DNA of 64,000 nucleotides from an uncultured Anaerolineales bacterium. Its GTDB lineage: Bacteria > Chloroflexota > Anaerolineae > UBA1429. The DNA lies in NCBI GenBank assembly GCA_964482225.1, contig CAYZWT010000019.1, forward strand, positions 3,909 to 67,908. Direction: 5' to 3'. Shown piece by piece: positions 14,571 to 23,638 of this stretch; position 1 is the stretch's first letter, and each line of letters begins with the position of its first letter. The position numbers were made by a program, and so were the translations under genes. Below the pieces are notes generated by a model. The model saw nothing but the letters and a program-made list of their open reading frames with translations. It was not told the DNA's origin and did not search any database.

Positions 14571-16277
14571 ATGCAAGCGATGCCCGTTGCGATGGCCGCT
14601 ATCTCTGCCTCCTGGATCGCCTTGGCTCTCTTCTTTCAGGGCCTCGGGACCGCCTTTCTGGCACTAATTCCTTCACGGTACCGCTCTGGATCCTATCTTG
14701 AACATTCTTTTGTTTTTGGATTTTCTTGCCTAGTTATTTTTCTGCAATTATGGAACCTTTTCTTTCCTATTAGCTTTATCGCCTACATACCTCTGATTCC
14801 AATTTCAGCCTGGGGTAATGCTAGATATTACATATCATTACGTGAAACGAGCAGAAAAAGACTCCTGTTTTTATTTCGAGATGCTTTATTCTGGATCGCT
14901 ATCTCTATTCCTCTCTCTAATTGGTCCCTTGCGCATGGTATGCCAGGTGATACTGGTCTCTATCATATACCATTTATGAATTGGGTAAGAACATATCCTC
15001 TTCCAGTTGGGTTGGGCAATCTGCACGGTCGCCTTGCTTTTAATAACTCTTACTATTTATATGGAGCATCTCTATGGAGAATTCCAGGTCTGGATGCAAG
15101 TCATTTATGCCACGGCCCTTTTTTTCTTATTCTATTGCGTATAATCTGTAAAAGTCTATATAAGACTATCTTTTTTGCAGATAAAGTTCGTTTGAGTGAT
15201 TTATTTATTCTGGGGATTTCTCCCTATCTGATTCATCTTACTAGGGGTTATCTCAATAGTTATGCGTCTGATTTGATGGTATTTGTATTATCTGTGTCTA
15301 TTATTGTCATATTCATCGAGTATCTATACGGATCCCAGATTAATCCATATGCTCTTATTTTGCTGTTGTTCATGAGCTTATCTGCTATCATGGTCAAGAT
15401 AAGCTCATTGGGGTTAGTTGGCCCTATATCCCTTCTGGCCCTGATATGGTACATCAAGCGCGGTAACGCCGAAGCTGTTCGAGGCAGGAATCTTGTAGGC
15501 ATCGGAGCTCTATCGTTCCTCGGGTTGTGGGGGTGGGTCTGGAGGAGCGTACTAGCCAGCGGGTATCTTATATACCCCATTTCATGGCTCCCAGTGCCTG
15601 TAAGTTGGCGTGTCCCTTCTGAGAAGGTTGCGGAAGAGGCGCGATGGATTGTCAGTTGGGCACGAGCACCCGGGGAGCATTGGGCCGACGTGTTAGGCAA
15701 CTCGCGGTGGCTCTTGCCATGGATCGAACACCATGTTGCCAGATGGTTTGATGTCTCTTTTCCCGTGGCCCTAGCTGTCCTTATGCTAGTAGTTGCGCTC
15801 CTGAGGAGAGTACTGACGTCGCCTAGCAAGACCGTAAAGGGCAACTTTGCTTTCGCGGCGGTCTTTGTCTCAATTCTTGCCAATATAGCTTATTGGTTTC
15901 TTACAGCACCCGGGAGTCGATTTTCTATTGGTTTATTCTGGTTTTTATTTGCTTTTTCCTTCTCCTCCGCTTTATATTGTGACCAGAGGTGGAGCCGTGG
16001 TATAATTGCCAGAATTGCACTATGTATTACATTGGGGCTTTATATGCCTGTTATACATAGAATGAGTTTCTTTTACGGACCAGAGCAGAGACGTATCACG
16101 CCGACAGTAGAATTGAACGAATTCATCACAGATTCGGGTTTGCTGCTATTTGTTCCTGCTAAGGGGTATTCTTGCTGGGAAAGCCCCTTGCCCTGCACGC
16201 CCTACCCGGACTCCGCGCTGCGTTTGCGCCGATCTGGGGACCTAAGCAGCGGCTTTGAGATACGAGTCAAAGAGTAA
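14571..16277 (+). CDS. polytopic membrane protein, putative O-antigen/oligosaccharide polymerase (Wzy-like) or GT-C-type glycosyltransferase; compositionally foreign
   Basis: 568 aa with more than 10 predicted hydrophobic helices. From ~14700 to ~16200 the G+C drops to about 30-48% per 60-nt line, against the mid-60s in the flanks. It uses AGA/AGG, ATA and TTA codons that are rare elsewhere. Functional call rests on topology and the glycosyltransferase neighbourhood only. Confidence 0.6.
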   Translation: MQAMPVAMAAISASWIALALFFQGLGTAFLALIPSRYRSGSYLEHSFVFGFSCLVIFLQLWNLFFPISFIAYIPLIPISAWGNARYYISLRETSRKRLLFLFRDALFWIAISIPLSNWSLAHGMPGDTGLYHIPFMNWVRTYPLPVGLGNLHGRLAFNNSYYLYGASLWRIPGLDASHLCHGPFFLILLRIICKSLYKTIFFADKVRLSDLFILGISPYLIHLTRGYLNSYASDLMVFVLSVSIIVIFIEYLYGSQINPYALILLLFMSLSAIMVKISSLGLVGPISLLALIWYIKRGNAEAVRGRNLVGIGALSFLGLWGWVWRSVLASGYLIYPISWLPVPVSWRVPSEKVAEEARWIVSWARAPGEHWADVLGNSRWLLPWIEHHVARWFDVSFPVALAVLMLVVALLRRVLTSPSKTVKGNFAFAAVFVSILANIAYWFLTAPGSRFSIGLFWFLFAFSFSSALYCDQRWSRGIIARIALCITLGLYMPVIHRMSFFYGPEQRRITPTVELNEFITDSGLLLFVPAKGYSCWESPLPCTPYPDSALRLRRSGDLSSGFEIRVKE

Positions 16278-16407
16278 CCCTGGAGCCTCTCCCGCAAGAT
16301 AGTCCTGCCGAAAAGGCTACGATGCGTACAGTCGGAGATCTGGTGCAACAACCGACCTTATCTGGCAGTGCTCCACTTCCCCTTCAGAGGCGGGTCATCC
16401 AACACGC

Positions 16408-17559
16408 TTAGGCAACCGCAAAGCGTTCATACACGCGCTCGTAGGCCGAAATCATGGTATTGAGGGAATAGCGCTCGCGGGCCCACGCCTGGCCTGCTCG
16501 GCCCAGGCGTGCACGCTCGTCAGGATCATCGAGCAGCCGCAGGATCGCCTCGGCCAGGGCCGGGGCATCGCGGGGCGGCACCACCAGCGCCCCTGGGCCG
16601 GCCGTCTCGGCGCTGGCGCCGGCGCTGGTGGTCGCCACAGGGGTTCCGCAGGCCAGCGCCTCGATGATCGGGATGCCAAAGCCCTCCAGCAAGCTGGGCA
16701 ACACAAACAGATCCGCCAGGCTATAGTAGGCGGGCAGCTCGTCGTCCGGCACATAGCCCGCCTCGATCAGATGGCTCCGCCGGGCGCCCAGCGCCTCTAG
16801 CACGCGCTCGCGGTAGGCGGCCTGCCAACGTCCCACAACCACCAGGCGCACATCCTGCGGCAGGGCGTGCATGGCCCGCGCCAGGTATTCGAGCCCCTTG
16901 CGCGGCGAGCAGAACCCCACAAAAAGCAACACCCGCTCGTTGGCCAGCCCCAGCCGCCGCCGCAGGGGCGTGGGGTCCGTGGGGCGCAGCCGCGCGAGAT
17001 CAATGCCTGTGGGAATCACCGTCACGCGCTCGGCGAGCACGCCATAGCCCTTGGTGAACGCATCGGCGGTGGCCTGGCTCACCGAGATGAGGTGTCGAGC
17101 GCGAAAGAGGGCGGGCCGCTCTGCCCAGGCGAGCGCCGCGCGATAGTACAGGGTCTTGCCGTGCAGCGCCAGCTTGCCTGTGTGGTAGGGCCGCCCGTCA
17201 TCGCTGGTCAGGCGCTGCCGGAACGATTGGTGCAGGCTGGCCAGGAACGGCCCGCGATAGCGCCAGGCAAAGTGCACATCGGCCACGTGCACGAGATCGA
17301 AAGGCGCAGCCGCGTGCAGGCGCGAGACCGAGGGCGCGGCTGCCCAGGCGAACTCGATCCAATCGCCGCGCCCCACGCCTACGCGGTGCACCTCCACCCC
17401 ATCCAGGCGCTCGCGGCGCGCCGCGCCTGGGCGGTGGCGCGTCACCACGGTTATATGGTGGCCCCGCGCTGCCAGGCCCGTCGCCAGCGTCTCGCCATAA
17501 ACGGCCAACCCCGAGCTACGATAGGGGACATAATCCAGGTTGACCAGACAGATCCTCAG
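16408..17559 (-). CDS. glycosyltransferase family 4 (GT-B)
   Basis: N-terminus (L)RICLVNLDYVPYRSSGLAVYGETLATGLAARGHHITVVT. C-terminal motif EGFGIPIIEALACGTPV. The start cannot lie upstream of 17586 (stop of the preceding gene). The family-typical MRI.LV start maps to CTG 17559, 5 nt after GGGGAGG. Confidence 0.8.
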   Translation of the reverse strand: MRICLVNLDYVPYRSSGLAVYGETLATGLAARGHHITVVTRHRPGAARRERLDGVEVHRVGVGRGDWIEFAWAAAPSVSRLHAAAPFDLVHVADVHFAWRYRGPFLASLHQSFRQRLTSDDGRPYHTGKLALHGKTLYYRAALAWAERPALFRARHLISVSQATADAFTKGYGVLAERVTVIPTGIDLARLRPTDPTPLRRRLGLANERVLLFVGFCSPRKGLEYLARAMHALPQDVRLVVVGRWQAAYRERVLEALGARRSHLIEAGYVPDDELPAYYSLADLFVLPSLLEGFGIPIIEALACGTPVATTSAGASAETAGPGALVVPPRDAPALAEAILRLLDDPDERARLGRAGQAWARERYSLNTMISAYERVYERFAVA

Positions 17560-17585
17560 GGTAACCTCCCCTGCACAGCGTATGC

Positions 17586-18230
17586 TCAGTCCGAGATGGT
17601 AACGACGGTCAATGGCTCCTCGGTCACCTGGTCGGCAATGATCTCTACGACGACATCCTGGCCGGTTTCCAGGTTGTGGGCCAGCACCAGGGTCAGCGGA
17701 TGCTTGATGACAAGGGCATACAGCCCGGGCTCCAGATCGGCGAAAGCATAGCGCCCCTCTCGATCTGTCACAGCTACGGGGGCGAGTTCCTCCACAACGC
17801 TGGCAATGGGCGCGATCTCGCCGGAGACATTGCGGTGCACCTGGGCCAGGTAGAGGGTCCAACCTGCCAGGGGCTCGCGGGGACGGATGTCGCTCTCGCG
17901 CATGATTTGGCCGATCAGATGGCCCCGTCCGGGGGCCGGCTCGGCCAGGGGCGCCAGGGTGGGCAGCGCCTCCAGCGTGGCCTCCAGGGCCACGGTCGGC
18001 TCGGCGCCCGGATAGGCCCCCACCGGAGCGGGGTACCCTGGCGCGGGATAGGCCCCTTCAGGGGCGCCTTCCGTTGCCGGGGCGCCAACTGTGGGGCTCG
18101 CTACGGTCTCGGCCTGGACAGCGGTTTCGTCGGGTGACTCGGCAACGGGCGTGGCAGGGCTCCCGGCAGAGCACCCCGCCAGCAGTGCAACGAGCAACAG
18201 AGCGGCGATCAAGTGGGAAAAGCGTCGCAT
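17586..18230 (-). CDS. lipoprotein with carboxypeptidase-regulatory-like (prealbumin fold) domain
   Basis: MRRFSHLIAALLLVALLAGCS lipobox. C-terminal VTDREGRYAFADLEPGLYALVI motif. AAGGAGA SD precedes ATG 18230. Confidence 0.7.
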   Translation of the reverse strand: MRRFSHLIAALLLVALLAGCSAGSPATPVAESPDETAVQAETVASPTVGAPATEGAPEGAYPAPGYPAPVGAYPGAEPTVALEATLEALPTLAPLAEPAPGRGHLIGQIMRESDIRPREPLAGWTLYLAQVHRNVSGEIAPIASVVEELAPVAVTDREGRYAFADLEPGLYALVIKHPLTLVLAHNLETGQDVVVEIIADQVTEEPLTVVTISD

Positions 18231-18321
18231 ACGGTCTCCTTGTGCCAACAGATATGGGTGAAAAAGAGGGGCTGCCGATAAAGGCAACCCCTCGCCACAA
18301 GCAATGCGGAACGGGAAGCGT

Positions 18322-19794
18322 CTATTCAATGACGTCCAGGATGTTGAACGCGTTATAGACATACAGCGTGTCGCCGTTGCCGGGCACTTTGTCGTTGAGC
18401 TGGTTGACCATCGCGACGATCTCTGAGCCAGGCGTGCCGCAAGCGACAGCCGAGCCAACGTAGCGCTCCCCGCCGCCCAGGTGGTTCCAGTGCAGGATGC
18501 CGCCCATCTCATTGGGCTGGAGCACCAGGACATCATTGGCCGGGGTGATGGCCCCGTAGGTCGAGTACTCGACCGTCACCGTGGTGGCAGCGGCGCCGAC
18601 GTTCATGATGTTGAGCGACGTCCAGTAGTTGCTGTTGCGGTCCATGATCAACGGAGCCGCGACGCACTGGGAGGCGCTGCCCGGGTCAAAAGCGTTGTAG
18701 GCGCCCGACTTTTTGTTGATCGAGTTCATCTGGTTCACGATACCCAGCAGCGGCTGCGCCGCGCTGTTGGTGGAGACATAGGCCGAGCCGACGAACTTTG
18801 TCCCCACGCCGCCCGCGCTGTTCTGCTCCCAGCAGTTGCTGTAAGCCTGGGGGGCGTAAAAGGCAAGCATGCCAAATGTCTCGGATGCACCAGCGGCGAC
18901 CTCGTGGGTCTCGGTGCAGGCATTGCCTGCCGAGCCCGGCACATACGAGACGGTCACCGTGGTGGGCGTATCGCCCACGTTCTGGACCTGGATCGAGCTC
19001 TGGTAGCCCGCGTTGTGGTACTGGAAGAGCGGCGCCAAGATGTTGGCCGATCCGCCATTGCTGGCCCCCGCCCCCGATGCCACCGGCGCAGAGCCAAAGC
19101 CGTCATAGGCGAACAGGCCGTTGGGGCCCACTTCGACAGCCGAAGCCACCAAGGGCTGGCCGTTGACGCTGGTGACAATGGCCGAGCCGACAAAGCGCGT
19201 GCCCAGCTCGGGCATCATTGCCTGGTCAAAGTAGTAGGCCGCCCCGGGCTTGATCGTGACCTGATTGGTCTGATCGTCGGGGTTCACCCACTGCCAGTCG
19301 TTGCCAGAGGTGCTGCCGGCAAAGAACTCGACCTCGACGATGGCATCCACCATGCCGGCGTTCTGGACGCTGAACCAGGTGGTGTAGCCGCCGTTGTTGC
19401 GCATCAGCAGCGGGAGTTGCACAACCGGCGCGCCCTCGGCGAACCCGCTGGTGGAGGCGCCCTGCTCACCCACGTTGATGCGCAGGTTGTGAACGATCAC
19501 CAGCTCCTTGTCCGAGGCTACCACGGCCGAGCCCTGGAAATCCTCCGGGAGCTTGTCGTTCTGCAGCACGAAATAGGCGGCCATGCTCTGGGGCGGGATG
19601 CTCATAGTGACATCCGCCGCAGCGTCGTGGGTGCCGTCGGTACCGAAGAACTGGATCACGACGGTGGCTTCACCGTCCTCCATGTTACGGATGTTGATCG
19701 TGGAGTCATACTCGGTCTGGGCTGCGACGCCGGTGGCCGCGAGCAGCCCCAGGGCCAGCAACACAATCGTCAGAATCATCGTCACTCGTTTCAT
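18322..19794 (-). CDS. secreted protein with four ~115-aa internal repeats (candidate surface/S-layer-type protein)
   Basis: Signal peptide MKRVTMILTIVLLALGLLAATGVAAQ. Repeat landmarks: IRNMEDGEATVVIQFF / VQNAGMVDAIVEVEFF / VQNVGDTPTTVTVSYV / IMNVGAAATTVTVEYS, and FQGSAVV / FVGSAIV / FVGSAYV / YVGSAVA. Strong GGGAGGA SD. Confidence 0.75.
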   Translation of the reverse strand: MKRVTMILTIVLLALGLLAATGVAAQTEYDSTINIRNMEDGEATVVIQFFGTDGTHDAAADVTMSIPPQSMAAYFVLQNDKLPEDFQGSAVVASDKELVIVHNLRINVGEQGASTSGFAEGAPVVQLPLLMRNNGGYTTWFSVQNAGMVDAIVEVEFFAGSTSGNDWQWVNPDDQTNQVTIKPGAAYYFDQAMMPELGTRFVGSAIVTSVNGQPLVASAVEVGPNGLFAYDGFGSAPVASGAGASNGGSANILAPLFQYHNAGYQSSIQVQNVGDTPTTVTVSYVPGSAGNACTETHEVAAGASETFGMLAFYAPQAYSNCWEQNSAGGVGTKFVGSAYVSTNSAAQPLLGIVNQMNSINKKSGAYNAFDPGSASQCVAAPLIMDRNSNYWTSLNIMNVGAAATTVTVEYSTYGAITPANDVLVLQPNEMGGILHWNHLGGGERYVGSAVACGTPGSEIVAMVNQLNDKVPGNGDTLYVYNAFNILDVIE

Positions 19795-19855
19795 CGGCCA
19801 TTCCTCCCTTGTTCAGAACATAAAGCGAGCCAAGGCGGCTCTTGTATCTGACATT

Positions 19856-19884
19856 ACCATAGCATCCCGTGGGGCAAGAATCAA
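19856..19884 (-). promoter_or_regulatory. candidate promoter of the four-repeat secreted protein gene
   Basis: The minus strand reads TTGATT-17 nt-TATGGT, about 60 nt upstream of ATG 19794. Confidence 0.45.
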
Positions 19885-19902
19885 TCACCCCTTTGGGTGA
19901 TT
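19883..19902 (-). terminator. 8-bp perfect hairpin after the methyltransferase genes
   Basis: AATCACCC-CTTT-GGGTGATT lies 7 nt downstream of the stop at 19909. On the minus strand it is followed by GATTCTTG. Confidence 0.45.
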
Positions 19903-19908
19903 TCGGGG

Positions 19909-20835
19909 TTACCGGCGCTGCGCGGCCACCAACAACTCGGCGCCACCCGCGATGCGATCCAGCAATGCCGTGGGCAGCAGGCAGAGCGCCTGGCCGGCCG
20001 GGTCGCTCATGGCCTGGGCGACCCAGCGAGGCCACCGTCCACCCAGAACGCCGTTCTGGACGCTCAGGGTCGCCAGGGCATAGCTGCCCGTAGGGCCGGG
20101 CAAGGGCTGCGGTTCCAACGCGCTGGCGCGCAACAGGCTTTCCAGGGCGCGCCGGGTATAGATCACCCGATGGCGGGGGGCATCATAGCCCGCCCACCAG
20201 CGGCCAAACAGGCGCGCTTGCAGGCAGGCGGCGTCGGGCGTGCGCAACACCAGCCAGCCCCCTGGGGCGAGCCAGGCAGCGATCCCGCGTAGGGCGACGC
20301 CCGGTTGCTCCATGTGCTCCAGCACATCCCACAGGGTGATGACGTCAAAGGAGCCAGGCGCAAAGGGATAGCCAGGGGCCTGGCCGGTGCGCACGTCCAG
20401 GCCCCTGGCGCGCGCGGCCTGGGCTGCGCCAGCATCTCGCTCCAGCCCCACCGCGCTCCAGCCCCGCGCCTGCATCGTCTCTACAAAGGCGCCCGCGCCA
20501 CAGCCCACGTCCAGCAGCCGCCCGCCTGTGCGCAGCCGCTCGACCGCCCGGCAGCGTTTGAGCAGGCCGACCTGCTGCGCCATTGCGCCGAGCCTGGAGC
20601 GGGCCGCCCGGTCTACATAGGCGGCATAGTGCGTGGGGTAATAGGGCGCCAATTCCGAGGGTGAGAGGGATTCGGCGGCATAGAGGGCGCCGCACCGGCA
20701 GCAGCGTTGATAGCCAAAGGGGCCTTTTCCGGTGTAGGTCCAATCGTGCAGGGTCAGGGCCGCCTCGGCCTCTTGCGCCAGGCACGCGGGGCAGGGCTGG
20801 TTCAGAGCGTCAGGTGGCGAGGGCGGGGTATTCAT
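19909..20835 (-). CDS. class I SAM-dependent methyltransferase with N-terminal Cys4 zinc-ribbon
   Basis: CPACL..CCRCG at the N-terminus. SAM motif I LLDVGCGAGAF. DVITLWDVLEH. Confidence 0.8.
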   Translation of the reverse strand: MNTPPSPPDALNQPCPACLAQEAEAALTLHDWTYTGKGPFGYQRCCRCGALYAAESLSPSELAPYYPTHYAAYVDRAARSRLGAMAQQVGLLKRCRAVERLRTGGRLLDVGCGAGAFVETMQARGWSAVGLERDAGAAQAARARGLDVRTGQAPGYPFAPGSFDVITLWDVLEHMEQPGVALRGIAAWLAPGGWLVLRTPDAACLQARLFGRWWAGYDAPRHRVIYTRRALESLLRASALEPQPLPGPTGSYALATLSVQNGVLGGRWPRWVAQAMSDPAGQALCLLPTALLDRIAGGAELLVAAQRR

Positions 20836-20838
20836 GGG

Positions 20839-21606
20839 TCAGGGCTTGATCAGGAGGCCCTGGCCTGTGGGCAGGGAGAGGATGGAAACGCCGCGCTGCG
20901 CTGCAAAGATGTCGAACGCCCGCTTTTGCAGCACATGCCGGCTGAATCCGTAATCATCCAGCAGGATGACGCCCCCGGAGGCCAGCCTGGGCCAAAAGTG
21001 CTCCGCTGCCGCGATCTCGGGCTGGTAGACGTTCATATCCAGGGAGAGGTAGGCCACGCGCTCGATCTCTACCTGGAGCAGCGCCTCGGGCACGACGCCC
21101 TGGATCACTCGCACGTTGGAAAAGGGGCGAAAGGTCTCGCAGACGGCGGTATAGCACTCATCGTACTCGCCGGGCAGGCGGCCCAGCGCGCGCTCGGCCG
21201 GGCTGATTGCCTCATCAGGGATGCCCGCAAAGGTATCAAAGAGGTAAAAGGTCTTGTCCAGGGCGCCGAAATCAATGTAATCCACGATCGCCCGCGCCAG
21301 CCCGCCGCGATAGACGCCGCACTCGACATAATCGCCCGCCAGATGTTGGGCGTGGGCCGCCGCCCAGCAGGCCACATGCACCCGCCAGCGCAGCTCGCGC
21401 CCTCGAAAGGAGCCGGTGGCGCGTCCCAACCCGTAGGCGCGGCAAAAACGCTCGTCACGCAGAAAATCGCAGTTGTGCTCGGTGGCCAGCCCGTCCTCGT
21501 GGTAGGTGCGCTCCCACCAGAGCAGGCCGCAAAGGGAGCGTTGCAGCCGCCGGTATGCCTCGCGCGCCGCAGCCCGCCAGGTTCGACCGGCCTTGTTTTC
21601 GCCCAA
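20839..21606 (-). CDS. TylF/MycF-like (macrocin O-methyltransferase family) SAM-dependent methyltransferase
   Basis: GDYVECGVYRGG, LSLDMNVYQP and GGVILLDDYG motifs. It ends 3 nt before the next methyltransferase gene. Confidence 0.8.
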   Translation of the reverse strand: MGENKAGRTWRAAAREAYRRLQRSLCGLLWWERTYHEDGLATEHNCDFLRDERFCRAYGLGRATGSFRGRELRWRVHVACWAAAHAQHLAGDYVECGVYRGGLARAIVDYIDFGALDKTFYLFDTFAGIPDEAISPAERALGRLPGEYDECYTAVCETFRPFSNVRVIQGVVPEALLQVEIERVAYLSLDMNVYQPEIAAAEHFWPRLASGGVILLDDYGFSRHVLQKRAFDIFAAQRGVSILSLPTGQGLLIKP

Positions 21607-21623
21607 CCTGCGCCTCCTCGCCT

Positions 21624-22331
21624 CTAGAACCGCAGCGGCAGCCCGCCCAGCAGCCTGCCGTATAGGCCGGTGACCATGGCAAAGCCCAAGGCGATGAGCA
21701 GAACGCCCCCGGCCACCGAAGCCCAGCGCGCATAGCGGTTCAGGCGGCGGGCCAGGGGCAGCAACGCCCCCATAGCGGCGGCCACGGCGATAAAAGGCAG
21801 CCCCAGGCCCAGGGCATAGGCGCTCAGCAACAGCCCGCCCCGCGCGGCCGTCTGGCCGTCGGCGGCCAGCAGCAGGATGGCGCCCAACACAGGCCCCACA
21901 CAGGGCGTCCAGCCGGCGGCAAATACCAGCCCCAACAGGAATGAGGCCACCGGCCCCGAACCCTGGGGGCGCCCCGAGACGAGGCTCTTTTGGGTATAGA
22001 GCCAGGGGATGCGCAACAGCCCGGCCATGTGCATGCCCAGCACGATCAAGAGCAGGCCGCCCACAGTCACAAGCAGCGAAAGGTATCGCGTCAAGAGCTG
22101 GCCCAGCAGGCCGGCTGCGGCTCCCAACAGCACGAACACCAGCCCAAAGCCGAGTACAAACAGGGCGGCATGGATCACGGGGGTGCGGCGGCGGGACGCC
22201 TCCAGGCTGGCGACCGAATCGCCCGCCAGGTAGCCCAGGTAGATCGGCACCATGGGCAGGACGCAGGGGGAAAAGAAAGACAAGACCCCGGCCCCCAGGG
22301 CGATGCCCAGGGAAATCTCACTGGCGCTCAT
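21624..22331 (-). CDS. ccdA: cytochrome c biogenesis / thiol-disulfide electron transporter CcdA (DsbD family)
   Basis: 235 aa, 6 TM. SFFSPCVLPMVPIYLGY and FAAGWTPCVGPVLG conserved Cys motifs. Confidence 0.9.
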   Translation of the reverse strand: MSASEISLGIALGAGVLSFFSPCVLPMVPIYLGYLAGDSVASLEASRRRTPVIHAALFVLGFGLVFVLLGAAAGLLGQLLTRYLSLLVTVGGLLLIVLGMHMAGLLRIPWLYTQKSLVSGRPQGSGPVASFLLGLVFAAGWTPCVGPVLGAILLLAADGQTAARGGLLLSAYALGLGLPFIAVAAAMGALLPLARRLNRYARWASVAGGVLLIALGFAMVTGLYGRLLGGLPLRF

Positions 22332-22990
22332 GTGGGCTCTCCGTCGGCCAGCATCTCTTCGGCCTCGCGGCGCATGTCATACATGCCTCTTTCAATATAG
22401 GGGTATGTTAGCCAGACCACGGCCAGGCCGAACAGCAGGCCGGTGAGCGTGCGCGTCAGCCAAGTGCTCTCCCACAGGCCCACCAACTGGCCCAGACCAT
22501 CCACGCCCATAGGGACCAACAGCAGAATCGCGCCGCGCACCGAAAGGGGGCGGAGGCGATTGCGCGCCAGGCCAAAGAGCAGGCCCCAGACCAGCCAGCC
22601 GCCGTAGATCGCCGTGCAGCGCTCGCAGACCGCCATCTTGTAGCCCACGAGCTCGTTGCCGATAAAGCGCAGGGGCACGGCCTCGCCCGCCAGGGCGATC
22701 AGCTCGGCGCGGCTATAGGTCCATGCAGGGCCAAACAGAAAGTACGAGCGTTCCGGAAGCTGGTGGCAGGTCACGTAAAAGAGGGTGTGGATGGCCTCTC
22801 CCCAGCGCTCATGGCCGGCCTCCATCAGGGCGGGCGCCAACAGGGGCAACCCGATAAAGAGCGCCAGGGTCAGATTCGCCACCGCCAGCCAATGGCGGCT
22901 GAGGCCGCGCATCAGCCGCGTGACGAGGCCCGTCATGCGCCGTGTCCAGAGATCCACCCTGGGCGGGGCTGCGTGCTGCGCCATGGGCAC
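22328..22990 (-). CDS. DUF2085-type membrane protein
   Basis: CHQLPERSYFLFG and MAVCERCTAIYGG motifs. Its stop overlaps the ccdA start by 4 nt. Confidence 0.75.
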   Translation of the reverse strand: MPMAQHAAPPRVDLWTRRMTGLVTRLMRGLSRHWLAVANLTLALFIGLPLLAPALMEAGHERWGEAIHTLFYVTCHQLPERSYFLFGPAWTYSRAELIALAGEAVPLRFIGNELVGYKMAVCERCTAIYGGWLVWGLLFGLARNRLRPLSVRGAILLLVPMGVDGLGQLVGLWESTWLTRTLTGLLFGLAVVWLTYPYIERGMYDMRREAEEMLADGEPT

Positions 22991-23011
22991 TCCCCTCGCT
23001 ATGCCGACATC

Positions 23012-23638
23012 CTATTGGGCCAACAGCGTCTTGACGATGGTGCGCAGGGTTTCCTCCTGGATGGCGCCTCCATAGACGGCCTGCACCACACCTTCTGCAT
23101 TCAGGAAATAGCTTGCGGGAATGCTCTGGATCAGATAGAGCGGAACCGTGATCCCCTCGACATCGGGCAGGATCGGGAACGCCATGTTGTTCTCGGCAGC
23201 AAACTGCCGCAGGTGTTCCGGGTCTTCACCCAGGCTCACGGCCACGATCTCAAAGCCTTGATCGGCGTACTCGGCATACACCGTGTTCATGTGGGGGATC
23301 TCGGAGCGGCAAAAGCCGCACCAGCTCGCCCAAAAGTTGAGCATCACCACCTTGCCGCGAAAGTCGCTCAGCGAGCGGGGATTGCCATCCAGGTCCTGCA
23401 GGCTAAAGCCGGGCGCCTCCATGCCCTTGGTGACGGGTTGCGCCGCTTGCGGCGCGGCAGTGGGCGGCGCTGTCGTGGGCGTGTCTGTGGCGGGTGGGGC
23501 TTGCGGCCCCGGCGTTGCGACCGTATTGGTGGGCTCTGCCACCAGAGTGGCCGTTGGATCCGCGCTTGTGGTGCAAGCGCTCAAAACGACGGCAGCCAGT
23601 AATAGAACACAGACAATCGCAGACATTGTCTTTGGCAT
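23012..23638 (-). CDS. TlpA/ResA-like thioredoxin-fold thiol:disulfide oxidoreductase (lipoprotein)
   Basis: LLAAVVLSAC lipobox, Thr/Pro linker, active site FWASWCGFCRSE (CxxC). AGGAGG SD. Confidence 0.85.
   Translation of the reverse strand: MPKTMSAIVCVLLLAAVVLSACTTSADPTATLVAEPTNTVATPGPQAPPATDTPTTAPPTAAPQAAQPVTKGMEAPGFSLQDLDGNPRSLSDFRGKVVMLNFWASWCGFCRSEIPHMNTVYAEYADQGFEIVAVSLGEDPEHLRQFAAENNMAFPILPDVEGITVPLYLIQSIPASYFLNAEGVVQAVYGGAIQEETLRTIVKTLLAQ

Noticed and set aside
16408-17862. The full 484-aa ORF as the glycosyltransferase
   Set aside because: The first ~100 codons overlap the upstream lipoprotein gene in another frame and are Arg/Pro/Cys-rich. GT4 homology begins only at RICLVNLDY.
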